Made by a program: the position numbers and the translations under genes. From Christensenellaceae bacterium (GTDB lineage Bacteria; Bacillota; Clostridia; Christensenellales; CAAEEZ01): a stretch of DNA of 62,908 bases. The notes beneath the pieces were generated by a model that saw only the letters and a program-made list of their open reading frames with translations, was not told where the DNA came from and made no database searches. Where the stretch lies: NCBI GenBank assembly GCA_020024085.1, contig JAHHUG010000001.1, forward strand, positions 1 through 62,908, written 5' to 3'. Shown one piece after another: positions 38,192 through 47,979 of this stretch; position 1 is the first letter of the stretch; every line of letters starts with the position of its first letter.

Positions 38192-39118
38192 TTATCTAAT
38201 GATGCCTTCTTTTTCAATGTAGTCGGTCATTTCCTTTCTCCATTCCTTGCTACTTTTTCTTCTCCACATTAAATGGAAGCAGTGTAGGTCGCCAAATCTA
38301 CCTCTTTCAAATTTTTCAACAGGAACATTTAGCTCGGTCAACTTTTCATACAAAGCATCGCCTTGACCATTGCAGAACATATCGTTTACAACTTGTGTGA
38401 TATGTGTTTTTGGCCAATTAGCAGTAACAAAGTTTACAGGAGAACATTCGTTATAATATTCGTATGTAGGTAGTTCGTGCATATCCTTTGATAGCTTTAT
38501 ACCTGCAAGGTCTTGACATAAAATTTTACCTGCATTGAATGGGAATTTCTTTGCAAGTGCTTTTGGAGCATCAAACACACCACAAGCAGGTAGTAGGTGA
38601 GTGATTGTCATTTTGTCAGAGAAATCCTCGACACCAAATTTTTCACGATACTCTGGGTTAGCATATAAGCAACCAATAACAGCAGTAGCATGACCACCAG
38701 CAGAGTCGCCTGTTACATTTACATTTTCAAGGTCTAGGTTATACTTTTCTGCATTATCAGCAAGCCAGTTCATAGCAAGACCAAGATGTTTTACATAATC
38801 GTGGAATGGATACTTTGGTCCAAGTCCGTAGTTTACATTTAGTACAAAAAATCCTTTATCAGCATAAAAGTTGCATAGACTTTTTCTAAATTTTTTGTCG
38901 CCTGCAACAAATCCACCACCGTGTACTTGTACTAATACTGGCCACTTGCCTTCAGGTTTTTTTGATAGGTCATAGTGGAAATTTAGTTTACAACATTCTG
39001 CTACATCGCTATAAACAATATCCTTTTCAATGGTAATATTCTTAAACTTTAAGCAGTTTTGTGGATACCAAAAAAAGTAGTCAATAGCTTTAAAAGCAAT
39101 TACAGCAATATCATTCAT
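38192..39118 (-). CDS. alpha/beta-hydrolase esterase/lipase (HSL-like family)
   Basis: HGGGF oxyanion-hole motif and GDSAGG nucleophile elbow. Confidence 0.8.
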   Translation of the reverse strand: MNDIAVIAFKAIDYFFWYPQNCLKFKNITIEKDIVYSDVAECCKLNFHYDLSKKPEGKWPVLVQVHGGGFVAGDKKFRKSLCNFYADKGFFVLNVNYGLGPKYPFHDYVKHLGLAMNWLADNAEKYNLDLENVNVTGDSAGGHATAVIGCLYANPEYREKFGVEDFSDKMTITHLLPACGVFDAPKALAKKFPFNAGKILCQDLAGIKLSKDMHELPTYEYYNECSPVNFVTANWPKTHITQVVNDMFCNGQGDALYEKLTELNVPVEKFERGRFGDLHCFHLMWRRKSSKEWRKEMTDYIEKEGIIR

Positions 39119-39333
39119 ATTAATACCTCATAATATCAATTAGTTTAATGTATATATTATACATTCAAATAATCACTTGTTCAATAATAATGTGGAAAAT
39201 TTTTTTCGAAAACAGTAAAATAATATAATTTATACATAAAATCTTTTAAAAGAATGACGAAAAACATGTATTGTATAGTTATATATTTGTGTTAGATATA
39301 ATAAATGTGTTATTATATATAAACAGGTGTATT

Positions 39334-40140
39334 ATGTATGACATAATTTTTAGTGATTACGATGGTACTTTGTATGGGAAAACCCGTGAAATTAGTCCCA
39401 AAACAAGAAAAAGTATCGAAAAATATGTTGCTAATGGTGGCAAATTTGTAATATCAACCGGCAGAATTTATTCAAGTATTAAGCCGATTGCAGTTAGTCT
39501 TGGACTAAATGGAGATATTATTACTTCGCAAGGCTCGCAAATATACAATATTGATGCCGATATACCTATTCATACCGATTTTATAAACAAGCAGAAAACA
39601 GTTGAGATTTTGGAGATTGCAAAAAGGGAAGGTTATCTTGCTCAATGTTATGCAAATAACACAATCTATGCAGATAAAAACAAGGATTTTAATAACTTTT
39701 TTGCTGACTTCTTTTCTGTCAATATATCAACAACAGAAACACTTATTGAGGATATCTTTACTGAAAAAATTGTGCCAAACAAGTTTGAACTTTTGGTGGA
39801 TAAGGATAAAATTGATGGTTTTATCAAGGATATTTCAAAATCTTATCCCGAGTTTTTATTTAGCAAGTCAGCACCTGTTATGATTGAAGTAGTTGATAAA
39901 CTTGCAACTAAAGGTAGAGCTTGTAGATACTTGCTTGATAAGTACAATATCAAGCCGGAAAATGCACTTGCTATTGGCGATGGCAACAATGATATTGATA
40001 TGCTTGAGGCAGTGGGTGGCAAGGTTGCAGTAAATAATGCTGCAAAAAGACTACTAAAAACTGCTGATTATATCACAAAGGATACAAATGGCGACGGAGT
40101 TAGTGAAATAATTGAGCTAATCCTTAGTGGTAAATTTTAA
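39334..40140 (+). CDS. Cof-type HAD-IIB family phosphatase
   Basis: The N-terminus MYDIIFSDYDGTL carries the DxD motif, and GDGNNDIDML is at the C-terminal end. ATG at 39334 is preferred over the upstream 21-codon extension. Confidence 0.8.
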   Translation: MYDIIFSDYDGTLYGKTREISPKTRKSIEKYVANGGKFVISTGRIYSSIKPIAVSLGLNGDIITSQGSQIYNIDADIPIHTDFINKQKTVEILEIAKREGYLAQCYANNTIYADKNKDFNNFFADFFSVNISTTETLIEDIFTEKIVPNKFELLVDKDKIDGFIKDISKSYPEFLFSKSAPVMIEVVDKLATKGRACRYLLDKYNIKPENALAIGDGNNDIDMLEAVGGKVAVNNAAKRLLKTADYITKDTNGDGVSEIIELILSGKF

Positions 40141-40167
40141 TTTGAAACAAATTTTAGAGGATATACA

Positions 40168-42012
40168 ATGATAAAAAGAGATAATTTAAGAAACATAGCA
40201 ATAATAGCCCATGTTGACCATGGTAAGACAACACTTGTTGATGCATTGTTGAAACAATGTGGTACTTTTAGAAATAACCAAGTTGTTGAAGACAGGGTAA
40301 TGGATAATGGAGACCTTGAAAAAGAAAGAGGTATTACAATCCTTGCAAAAAACACTTCTGTAAACTACAATGGTACAAAAATCAATATCGTTGATACTCC
40401 AGGTCACGCTGACTTCGGTGGCGAGGTAGAGAGAATACTTAAGATGATTGATGGTGTATGTCTACTTGTAGATGCTTACGAAGGTCCAATGCCTCAAACA
40501 AGGTTCGTTCTTCAAAAGGCACTTGACTTAAACCTAAAGGTTATTGTTGTTATCAACAAGATTGATAAGCCTGATGCTAGAATTGAAGATGTCGAGCTAG
40601 AGGTACTAGAGTTACTTATGGACTTAGGTGCTGATGAGGAGACACTAAATTATTCAGTTGTTTATTGCAGTGGTAGAGATGGTACAGCTACTCTTGACCC
40701 AAGCAAACCAGGCACAGATATGAAACCTCTTCTTGATACAATTCTTAAGGATATTCCTTGCCCAGAGGGAGAGGAAAACGATGGATTACAACTACTTATT
40801 TCTGCTATTGATTACAATGAGTATGTTGGTAGAATCGGTATTGGTAAAATCGAAAGAGGTACAATCAAACAAAACCAAGCTGTTATGGTAACAGACTACA
40901 CAAAGCCAGACGAAGTTTATCAATCAAAAATTGCAAACTTATACCAAATTGAAAACCTTGTAAGAGTTCCTGCTGAAACTGCAACAGTTGGCGATATCGT
41001 ATGTATCTCTGGTATTGAAGATATCACAATTGGTCATACAGTTTGTTCTGTTGATAAGGTTGAGCCACTTCCTTTTGTTAAGGTTAGTGAGCCTACTCTT
41101 GAAATGGAATTTTTGGTTAACGATAGCCCATTCGCTGGAAGAGAGGGTAAGTATGTAACAAGTAGAAATCTTAGAGAAAGATTATATAAAGAGCTACTAA
41201 AAGATGTATCACTTCGTGTAACCGATGGTACCACAAAGGATAGTTTCCTTGTTGCAGGTCGTGGAGAAATTCATCTTTCTATCTTGATTGAAACAATGAG
41301 AAGAGAGGGCTACGAGTTCCAAGTTGGTAAACCAAAGGTATTGTTTAAGACCAATGAACAAGGCAAAAAGACTGAACCTATTGAAAGAGTTACCATTGAT
41401 GTACCTCAAGATTGCGTAGGTACAGTTATGGAAAAACTTGGTTCAAGAAAGGGCGAATTGCAAGAAATGAACCCAGTTGGTAATAGAATGACACTTATCT
41501 TCAAGATACCTGCTCGTGGACTACTAGGATACAAAAACGAATTTATGACTGATACAAAGGGTGAGGGTATTATCAATAGTCTATTTGAAGGCTATGAAGA
41601 GTACAAGGGCGATATTCCTCGTAGAAGTAATGGTTCTCTTGTTGCATTTGAAAATGGTGTTTCTTGCACATATGGTTTGTTCAATGCACAAGAAAGAGGT
41701 ACTTTATTTATTGGACCTGCCGTTCCAGTATATAAGGGAATGGTTGTAGGATATTCTCCTAAGACAGAGGAATTAGTTGTAAATGTTTGTAAGAAAAAGC
41801 ATGTTTCTAACTGTCGTGCTTCTGGTAGTGATGATGCACTTAGACTTACTTCAACAAAGGATTTGAGCCTAGAGGAAGCTATTGAGTTTATCGAAAGCAA
41901 TGAGTTACTAGAGGTTACCCCTGAAAGTATTAGAATTAGAAAGAGAATTCTTGACCATACTGAAAGAATGAGAGATGACCTTAGAACAGGTGTTATCAAA
42001 AAGAGAGATTAG
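40168..42012 (+). CDS. typA: translational GTPase TypA/BipA
   Basis: G1 AHVDHGKTT, G3 DTPGHADF, G4 NKID, at 614 aa with an EF-G-like domain order. Confidence 0.95.
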   Translation: MIKRDNLRNIAIIAHVDHGKTTLVDALLKQCGTFRNNQVVEDRVMDNGDLEKERGITILAKNTSVNYNGTKINIVDTPGHADFGGEVERILKMIDGVCLLVDAYEGPMPQTRFVLQKALDLNLKVIVVINKIDKPDARIEDVELEVLELLMDLGADEETLNYSVVYCSGRDGTATLDPSKPGTDMKPLLDTILKDIPCPEGEENDGLQLLISAIDYNEYVGRIGIGKIERGTIKQNQAVMVTDYTKPDEVYQSKIANLYQIENLVRVPAETATVGDIVCISGIEDITIGHTVCSVDKVEPLPFVKVSEPTLEMEFLVNDSPFAGREGKYVTSRNLRERLYKELLKDVSLRVTDGTTKDSFLVAGRGEIHLSILIETMRREGYEFQVGKPKVLFKTNEQGKKTEPIERVTIDVPQDCVGTVMEKLGSRKGELQEMNPVGNRMTLIFKIPARGLLGYKNEFMTDTKGEGIINSLFEGYEEYKGDIPRRSNGSLVAFENGVSCTYGLFNAQERGTLFIGPAVPVYKGMVVGYSPKTEELVVNVCKKKHVSNCRASGSDDALRLTSTKDLSLEEAIEFIESNELLEVTPESIRIRKRILDHTERMRDDLRTGVIKKRD

Positions 42013-42073
42013 TTTTTAATATACTATTGAAAGTTGTTTTATATCATGCTATACTAATTACTAGGTGATAATT

Positions 42074-43138
42074 ATGGGAAATGTAATATTTAGCAATGTA
42101 AAGTTAAATCAAACTAAAAAAAATATCGGACTTGATATTCGTGATATGTCATTGCCACTTGACAACATTATAGGTGTTGTTGGTGCAAAAACTAGTGGTA
42201 AATCTAATTTTTTAGATGTGCTTAGTGGCAAAATTCACCCACAAAGTGGTACTATCACTTTTGATGATGGTGAGCTTAATAAGGGCGATTTGTTCTATGT
42301 ATCTAGTCAAACTTACGAGCCTAGCTTTTCTACTATTAAGGATTTGATGGATAAAATTGAAAAAGATTATCCAAATTTTAGTAGAGATGTCGCTATCAAA
42401 TACTTTACTGCTATGGAGATTCCTACCGAAAAAATTATGTATAGGAATTTTGATAGAAGGGTGCAGTCAGCTATTAATTGCATTTTGGCTATTGCATCAA
42501 GAGCTAGAATAACTATATTAGACCAACCTTGCAGAAATATGCATATGAAATTAAGAGAAATGCTATATGGTTTTGCAAAGGAGGATTACGAGGAGTTCAA
42601 AAGAACTATTTTGATTAGCTCTAATATTGCACTTGATATTGATAAAATTGCAACTCATGTCGTATATCTTAGACAAGGTAAGTTGGTATTTAGTTTACCT
42701 TATGAGGAAGTTGATAGCTTTGCTGTCGGTTTGCTTGGTAGAAATGAGGTAATTAAGGAATATGCTAGTCGTGCAGAAGTGTTCTATTCGGCTAATGCAG
42801 AAAATAACCTTGTTCATAAGGTTGTAAGGAATACTTTGCCACTTGATGCGATGAAGTCACTTCAACTTAACGGTGTGATTACTCAATATGTAAACCTTGT
42901 AAACTTCCATACTTATGTAGTTAAGGAAGACTTCGGTTTTGAGGAAGAAGCAAGGATTAGAGAGGAAGAGGAAAGAATAAAGGCAGAAAAGAAAGCTGCA
43001 AAACGAAGCAAAAAGCAACCAAAAAATGTTACCTTGGTAGCAAAGACTGATGATGTTACCTCTTCAAAACCAGTTAAACAAGAGGAAAAAGAATCTTTTG
43101 GCGAAAAGCTAAAGAGGATTTTAACAACTCCACTATAA
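42074..43138 (+). CDS. orphan ABC-type ATPase-like protein with degenerate catalytic motifs and a Lys/Glu-rich tail
   Basis: Walker A is intact (GAKTSGKS). The signature LSGGQ is replaced (YRNFDRRVQ), Walker B reads ITILDQP (Gln in place of the catalytic Glu), and the H-loop His is Asn (ISSNIA). There is no permease gene adjacent. ATG at 42074 with AGGTGA upstream. Confidence 0.65.
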   Translation: MGNVIFSNVKLNQTKKNIGLDIRDMSLPLDNIIGVVGAKTSGKSNFLDVLSGKIHPQSGTITFDDGELNKGDLFYVSSQTYEPSFSTIKDLMDKIEKDYPNFSRDVAIKYFTAMEIPTEKIMYRNFDRRVQSAINCILAIASRARITILDQPCRNMHMKLREMLYGFAKEDYEEFKRTILISSNIALDIDKIATHVVYLRQGKLVFSLPYEEVDSFAVGLLGRNEVIKEYASRAEVFYSANAENNLVHKVVRNTLPLDAMKSLQLNGVITQYVNLVNFHTYVVKEDFGFEEEARIREEEERIKAEKKAAKRSKKQPKNVTLVAKTDDVTSSKPVKQEEKESFGEKLKRILTTPL

Positions 43139-43158
43139 AAACTAAAGACAAAATTTAT

Positions 43159-43216
43159 AAAACACAAAAGATTAAGTCTAAAAATACAAAAGATAAAATT
43201 ATAAAATACAAAAGAA
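43159..43216 (+). repeat. three phased direct repeats AAAAYACAAAAGAW with a 22-bp period
   Basis: Copies start at 43159, 43181 and 43203, with spacing of exactly 22 bp. They lie between the stop codon at 43136-43138 and the terminator at 43217. Confidence 0.7.
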
Positions 43217-43247
43217 AAGTGCTACTTTATGGTAGCACTTTATTTTT
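43217..43247 (+). terminator. intrinsic terminator after the ABC-like gene
   Basis: AAGTGCTAC / GTAGCACTT stem followed by a T-rich tract. Confidence 0.75.
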
Positions 43248-43377
43248 AGTTTTAATTTCTAGTAAACTATATGGTTATACTTGAAATTGCCTACAAGTAC
43301 ATATATTCATATTAAATGGAATGGTATGCAATATATTAAATTTTTTCAAATTTGATAAAAATTAAAATATGGTTTTG

Positions 43378-44055
43378 TTATTTTATGATGTTTTTTATAT
43401 CAAGTAAACTTGTAACGGTGTAGGTTGGCATATCATTTTTGATATTGTTTGGAGAGTAGAATATAGTGTCAATATTATACTTGTATCCACCTTTAATATC
43501 AGCAGTAAGGGAATCGCCAATTAATATTGTATCGGCTTTTGTTAGGCTAAACTCGGCAAACATTTTATCAAAAAACTCCTTGCTAGGCTTTGTATAACCA
43601 GCTTCCTCGGAAGTGTAAACAGCATCAATATAATTCTTAATTTCGGAGTTATTTACTCTGCTATGTTGAATAGTGCTTGAGCCGTTTGATGCGATAATTA
43701 GCTTTTTATTAAGTGAGTGTAGATACTTTACAAGCTCTAGTGCATCGGGCAATAAGTAGCTTTGTTTACCCAAATTATGCTTGTATCTGTTGTTAAAGGA
43801 TAGTGGCTCAATATCAAAGTAGTATAGGTCGAATATCTCCTTAAACCTCATTGTAGCAAGTTCAGCTTTTGTAATCTCTTTTCTTTCCAGTTTTTTCCAA
43901 TATTTATCATTAACTTCGTGGTAAAGGTTAGATAAATTGTCATCGCAATCTATATTGTATTCTTCGAAAGTTTGCTTGATTGACTCTTTTTCAGCTTTAT
44001 TAAAATCAAATAAAGTGTTATCGGCATCAAGCAAAATGTACTTATAATTTTTCAT
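43378..44055 (-). CDS. HAD-IA family hydrolase (YjjG-like nucleotidase type)
   Basis: DxD motif in ILLDADNTLFDF, a cap domain and GDSLTADIKGG at the C-terminal end. Confidence 0.65.
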   Translation of the reverse strand: MKNYKYILLDADNTLFDFNKAEKESIKQTFEEYNIDCDDNLSNLYHEVNDKYWKKLERKEITKAELATMRFKEIFDLYYFDIEPLSFNNRYKHNLGKQSYLLPDALELVKYLHSLNKKLIIASNGSSTIQHSRVNNSEIKNYIDAVYTSEEAGYTKPSKEFFDKMFAEFSLTKADTILIGDSLTADIKGGYKYNIDTIFYSPNNIKNDMPTYTVTSLLDIKNIIK

Positions 44056-44127
44056 AGATATAGTATATAATATCTTTTTATAAAAGTAAATAGATAGGAT
44101 ATATTGTTTTTGTAGTATAATAGAGGT

Positions 44128-44988
44128 ATGAAAGGAATTATTGTAATTAACGGATACTCAAAAACCGAGGGGATTAAGTATCAAGTAAAAAGATTAACCG
44201 AAGAGTTTAATAAAAAAAATGTTAATATTGAGGTAAAAAAGACTACCGAGTTGCTTGCGTATATTGAAAATGGCAATATAAAATCGGAGTTAGAAGCAGA
44301 CTTTGTTGTGTATCTTGATAAGGATATACACATAGCTTTAATGCTAGAAAAACTTGGTTTTAGGCTGTTTAATAGTAGGGAGAGTATTGAGGTTTGCGAT
44401 GACAAAATTCGTACTCATATAATGCTTGCAAATGAGGGAGTTAGTATGCCAACAACCATATCTTCGCCACTTATGTATACGGATAGTGAAGATAGTTTTT
44501 TGGATAAGGTGCAAAGGGTGCTTGACTATCCTATTATTGTCAAGGAGGCACATGGTTCACTAGGTGGACAAGTGTACTTATGTGAGGATTTTGATAGTTT
44601 ACAAGCAACAAGGAATAAACTAAAATTTAAGCCACACTTGTATCAACAATTTATTGATAAATCTTGTGGAAAAGATACAAGGGTAATTGTAATTGGTGGC
44701 AATGTTGTTGCAGGGTATAATAGGGTTTCAACGACTGACTTCAGGTCGAATATTGAGCTTGGTGGAAAGGGCGAAAAAGTGGAACTTTCAAAGGAGTATA
44801 TTCTACTTGCAGAAAGGGTAGCAAATATCCTTAATCTTGACTATTGTGGAATTGATATACTTGATAATACTGAGCCTATGATATGCGAGGTAAATAGCAA
44901 TGCATTCTTTACAGGTGCAGAAAAAATAACTGGTGTAAATGTTGCAAAATGCTATGTGGAGTATATTATTGATACAATGAATAAATAG
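44128..44988 (+). CDS. RimK-like ATP-grasp ligase
   Basis: 286 aa with an ATP-grasp layout (PIIVKEAHGSLGGQVYL, QQFI, DTRVIVIGG, GIDIL...EVNSN). Confidence 0.7.
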   Translation: MKGIIVINGYSKTEGIKYQVKRLTEEFNKKNVNIEVKKTTELLAYIENGNIKSELEADFVVYLDKDIHIALMLEKLGFRLFNSRESIEVCDDKIRTHIMLANEGVSMPTTISSPLMYTDSEDSFLDKVQRVLDYPIIVKEAHGSLGGQVYLCEDFDSLQATRNKLKFKPHLYQQFIDKSCGKDTRVIVIGGNVVAGYNRVSTTDFRSNIELGGKGEKVELSKEYILLAERVANILNLDYCGIDILDNTEPMICEVNSNAFFTGAEKITGVNVAKCYVEYIIDTMNK

Positions 44989-45066
44989 ATAAATATAATA
45001 AATTTTAGTTGTTTTTTTACTTAAAAATAGCTAAATTTTATTGTTTTTTAGCAAAATAGAAAAATT

Positions 45067-45099
45067 AAAAAACTAGGCATTTTGTCTAGTTTTATTTTA
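45067..45099. terminator. bidirectional terminator between the convergent ATP-grasp and SDR genes
   Basis: AAAACTAG / CTAGTTTT stem with a 9-nt loop, flanked by an A run and a T run. Confidence 0.6.
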
Positions 45100-45143
45100 T
45101 TATTATTTGTTTTATATAGTAGTGTATTATACAAAATGCTATT

Positions 45144-45869
45144 TTATAGAGTAAATCCACCATCAACCGTAATTATTTGACCAGTAATAAATATATCTTC
45201 TTTGCTTAGTAGCAAGGCAACATCGACAATATCCTCAGGTTTACCTATTCTTCCTAGTGGAGTATTTTGTTTTAGTTCCTCCATATCTTCTTTGGTTAAG
45301 TGTCTATTCATATCGGTATCCATTACTCCAAGGGAAATACAATTTACTTTAATGTTTGCACTAGAAAGCTCTTTTGCTAACGCTAAAGTAAGTGAATTTA
45401 TAGCACCTTTACTACTAGAATAGCAAGCCTCACAACTGCCTCCTACATTTCCCCACATACTGCTAATATTGATAATATTTCCACCTCTAAACATCATTTG
45501 TTTTGCAACCATTTTGGTTACTGCAAATACACCAGTAACATTTGTTTTGAATATGTTTTCCCACTCCTCGATAGTGGTATCAATTAACATTTTTTGAGGT
45601 AAACAAATACCTGCATTATTGACTAAAACATCAATTTTTTCACTTTCAAAAAGTTTTGTGAAAAATTTTTCTACATCATAATATGAGGAAATATCTAGTT
45701 GATATCCTTTGACTTGATAGCCCAAATTTGTTAATTTTTGCTCAAGTTCAGTTGCTTTTTCAGTTGAATTTTTGTAGCAAAAAAGTACCTTGTATCCTGC
45801 TTTGCAATAGCCCTCAACAAGCCCTTTTCCTATACCTCTTGTGCCACCTGTTATAAATACTGTTTTCAT
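45144..45869 (-). CDS. short-chain dehydrogenase/reductase (FabG-like)
   Basis: TGGTRGIGKG cofactor motif, NNAG, and the catalytic Y-x3-K (YSSSKGA). Confidence 0.8.
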   Translation of the reverse strand: MKTVFITGGTRGIGKGLVEGYCKAGYKVLFCYKNSTEKATELEQKLTNLGYQVKGYQLDISSYYDVEKFFTKLFESEKIDVLVNNAGICLPQKMLIDTTIEEWENIFKTNVTGVFAVTKMVAKQMMFRGGNIINISSMWGNVGGSCEACYSSSKGAINSLTLALAKELSSANIKVNCISLGVMDTDMNRHLTKEDMEELKQNTPLGRIGKPEDIVDVALLLSKEDIFITGQIITVDGGFTL

Positions 45870-46041
45870 ATTTCACCTTAAAAATATTTTAACAAAATAG
45901 TTTTGTTTTTGCAAGCATACTACAAATTTTGTTTTGCTATAAATGTAGGTTATACAAAAATAATATATAACTATGTATTTTAATTTTATTTTTTATTGAT
46001 ATTATGTTATAATTTGATAAATTAATTTTTTAGGATAAAGT

Positions 46042-47826
46042 ATGATAAATAAATTTAGTATTGAGATTGAAAAAGCATTAGAACAAATGCAATTTGAAAG
46101 TCTTACTCCTATTCAAGAGGCAGTAATACAAAACTTTGATTCTAATGTGGATATGATTGCACAAGCCCCAACTGGTACTGGTAAAACTTGTGCTTTTGGT
46201 ATACCTATTATTGAAAACATTGTTGTGGATTCAAAGGAATTGCAAGCCCTTATAGTTTGCCCAACAAGAGAACTTGCAAAGCAAATTACCGACGAACTTC
46301 GTAGGGTTGCATTCTATAAAGAGGGGGTAAGGATTGCAAGTGTATATGGTGGAGAGTTCTTTGAAAGGCAACTTGCAAATTTAAGGAAAAAGCCTCAAAT
46401 TGTTGTTGGTACTCCAGGTAGAATACTTGACCACCTTGCAAGAAAAACCATTAAGCTAAAGTCGGTAAATACAATCGTACTTGATGAAGCTGATGAAATG
46501 CTTGATATGGGCTTTAGAGAGGATATGGAAAAGATATTTGAATATGCTAATGAGGATAGACAAATACTTTTGTTCTCTGCTACTATTCCAAAGGAAATCC
46601 TTGAAATATCGCAAAAATTGCAACGCAATCCAATCACAATTAAAACAACGGTTGATGAAAAAGAAATGCCACCAATCACTCAATATTATGCTTATGTTGA
46701 GGAAAACCAAAAGATATTTTTACTTGATACAATCATTAAGGAAAACGACTACAAACTTACACTATGTTTTGTTAGCACAAAAAAGAGAGCAGATTCGTTA
46801 AATAAGGTGCTTAAAACAAAAGGTTATAAATGTGAGTGTTTGCACGGAGACCTTCGCCAAGCTAAACGAGAGCAAATTATGAAAGCATATAAAAATGGCG
46901 AGTACGATATTTTGATTGCAACCGATGTTGTAGCAAGAGGTATTGATGTAAAGGGTATTGATGCAATATTCAACTTTGATATTCCTTACGACAGGGACTT
47001 CTATATTCACCGTATCGGTAGAACAGCACGAAATAAGGCAGAGGGTGTTGCTTATACCTTTGTAACTGGTGGCGAAAGAAACAAAATAACAGAAATTGAA
47101 AAGCATACAAATTCCAAAATGATTAAATTAGAGGAATATAGTGCAGATAATTTGAGGAAATATATGAATAATAAGAAAATAGATAATGCCTTAACCAAAA
47201 TCAAAGGCAACCTAAACGAAACAAAATTAGAAATCGAAAGAATGCTTGAGGATTACAACTTTTCTAATGGCACAAACTACACCATTCTTGATATGGCAGC
47301 AGCTCTTGTAGAGTCAGATACAATGGGTGTTACTATACAAAAGCCAAAGGCTATGGAAGATATGGATAAAAAAGCCAAAAGAGAAAAGGGTGTAAGATAT
47401 TTTGTAAACTTTGGCGAAAGAGATAAGGCTAATAAGAAAAATGTTACCGAGTTACTTGATAGAGTGGGTATCGTTAGCAGTGAAATTATAGAAATTGCTT
47501 TAATGGATAACTACGGATTTATTGAGCTTAGGGAAGAAAATATGAATATGCTTAGCCTAATCGGTATGGACTTTAATGGTAGAGAAATTAATGTCGAAAA
47601 AGCTGGCGAAAAGGGTAGGTCAAAATCTTCTAATGATAGGTCAAAATCAAAGCCAAAAAGCAGTGGTTTAAGCCAAGGCAAAGGTCGTAAGTCTAGTGAT
47701 AAAGGTGGCAAATCTTACTCTAAAGCAGATAGCCCAAGAAGAGAGGGTAATAGAGATTCGTTTAGGGGTTCAAGCAAAAAACCTAGCCAATCAAAAGGTC
47801 AAAAATCAAGAGGAAAGAAAAAATAA
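46042..47826 (+). CDS. DEAD-box ATP-dependent RNA helicase with a basic C-terminal tail
   Basis: Q motif, AQAPTGTGKT, DEAD, SAT and HRIGRTAR, followed by a DbpA-like domain and a Lys/Ser/Gly/Arg-rich tail. Confidence 0.9.
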   Translation: MINKFSIEIEKALEQMQFESLTPIQEAVIQNFDSNVDMIAQAPTGTGKTCAFGIPIIENIVVDSKELQALIVCPTRELAKQITDELRRVAFYKEGVRIASVYGGEFFERQLANLRKKPQIVVGTPGRILDHLARKTIKLKSVNTIVLDEADEMLDMGFREDMEKIFEYANEDRQILLFSATIPKEILEISQKLQRNPITIKTTVDEKEMPPITQYYAYVEENQKIFLLDTIIKENDYKLTLCFVSTKKRADSLNKVLKTKGYKCECLHGDLRQAKREQIMKAYKNGEYDILIATDVVARGIDVKGIDAIFNFDIPYDRDFYIHRIGRTARNKAEGVAYTFVTGGERNKITEIEKHTNSKMIKLEEYSADNLRKYMNNKKIDNALTKIKGNLNETKLEIERMLEDYNFSNGTNYTILDMAAALVESDTMGVTIQKPKAMEDMDKKAKREKGVRYFVNFGERDKANKKNVTELLDRVGIVSSEIIEIALMDNYGFIELREENMNMLSLIGMDFNGREINVEKAGEKGRSKSSNDRSKSKPKSSGLSQGKGRKSSDKGGKSYSKADSPRREGNRDSFRGSSKKPSQSKGQKSRGKKK

Positions 47827-47839
47827 TAAATATTAGATT

Positions 47840-47868
47840 AGAGCAAGTTAAAAACTTGCTCTTTTTTT
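47840..47868 (+). terminator. intrinsic terminator after the helicase gene
   Basis: AGAGCAAGTT-AAA-AACTTGCTCT hairpin followed by a T7 run. Confidence 0.85.
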
Positions 47869-47979
47869 ATTATTTTGATGTTTTTGTTATAAAATTGCTT
47901 ATATTATAGTATAAAATAAATACTTATACATTGATAATATAATTTTAAAATGCTATAATTATATTGAGAAGGGTATGAA

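Noticed and set aside
43159-43216. The 22-bp phased repeats interpreted as plasmid-type iterons or a replication origin.
   Set aside because: There is no rep gene, DnaA boxes or partition genes nearby. The flanking genes are chromosomal housekeeping genes.
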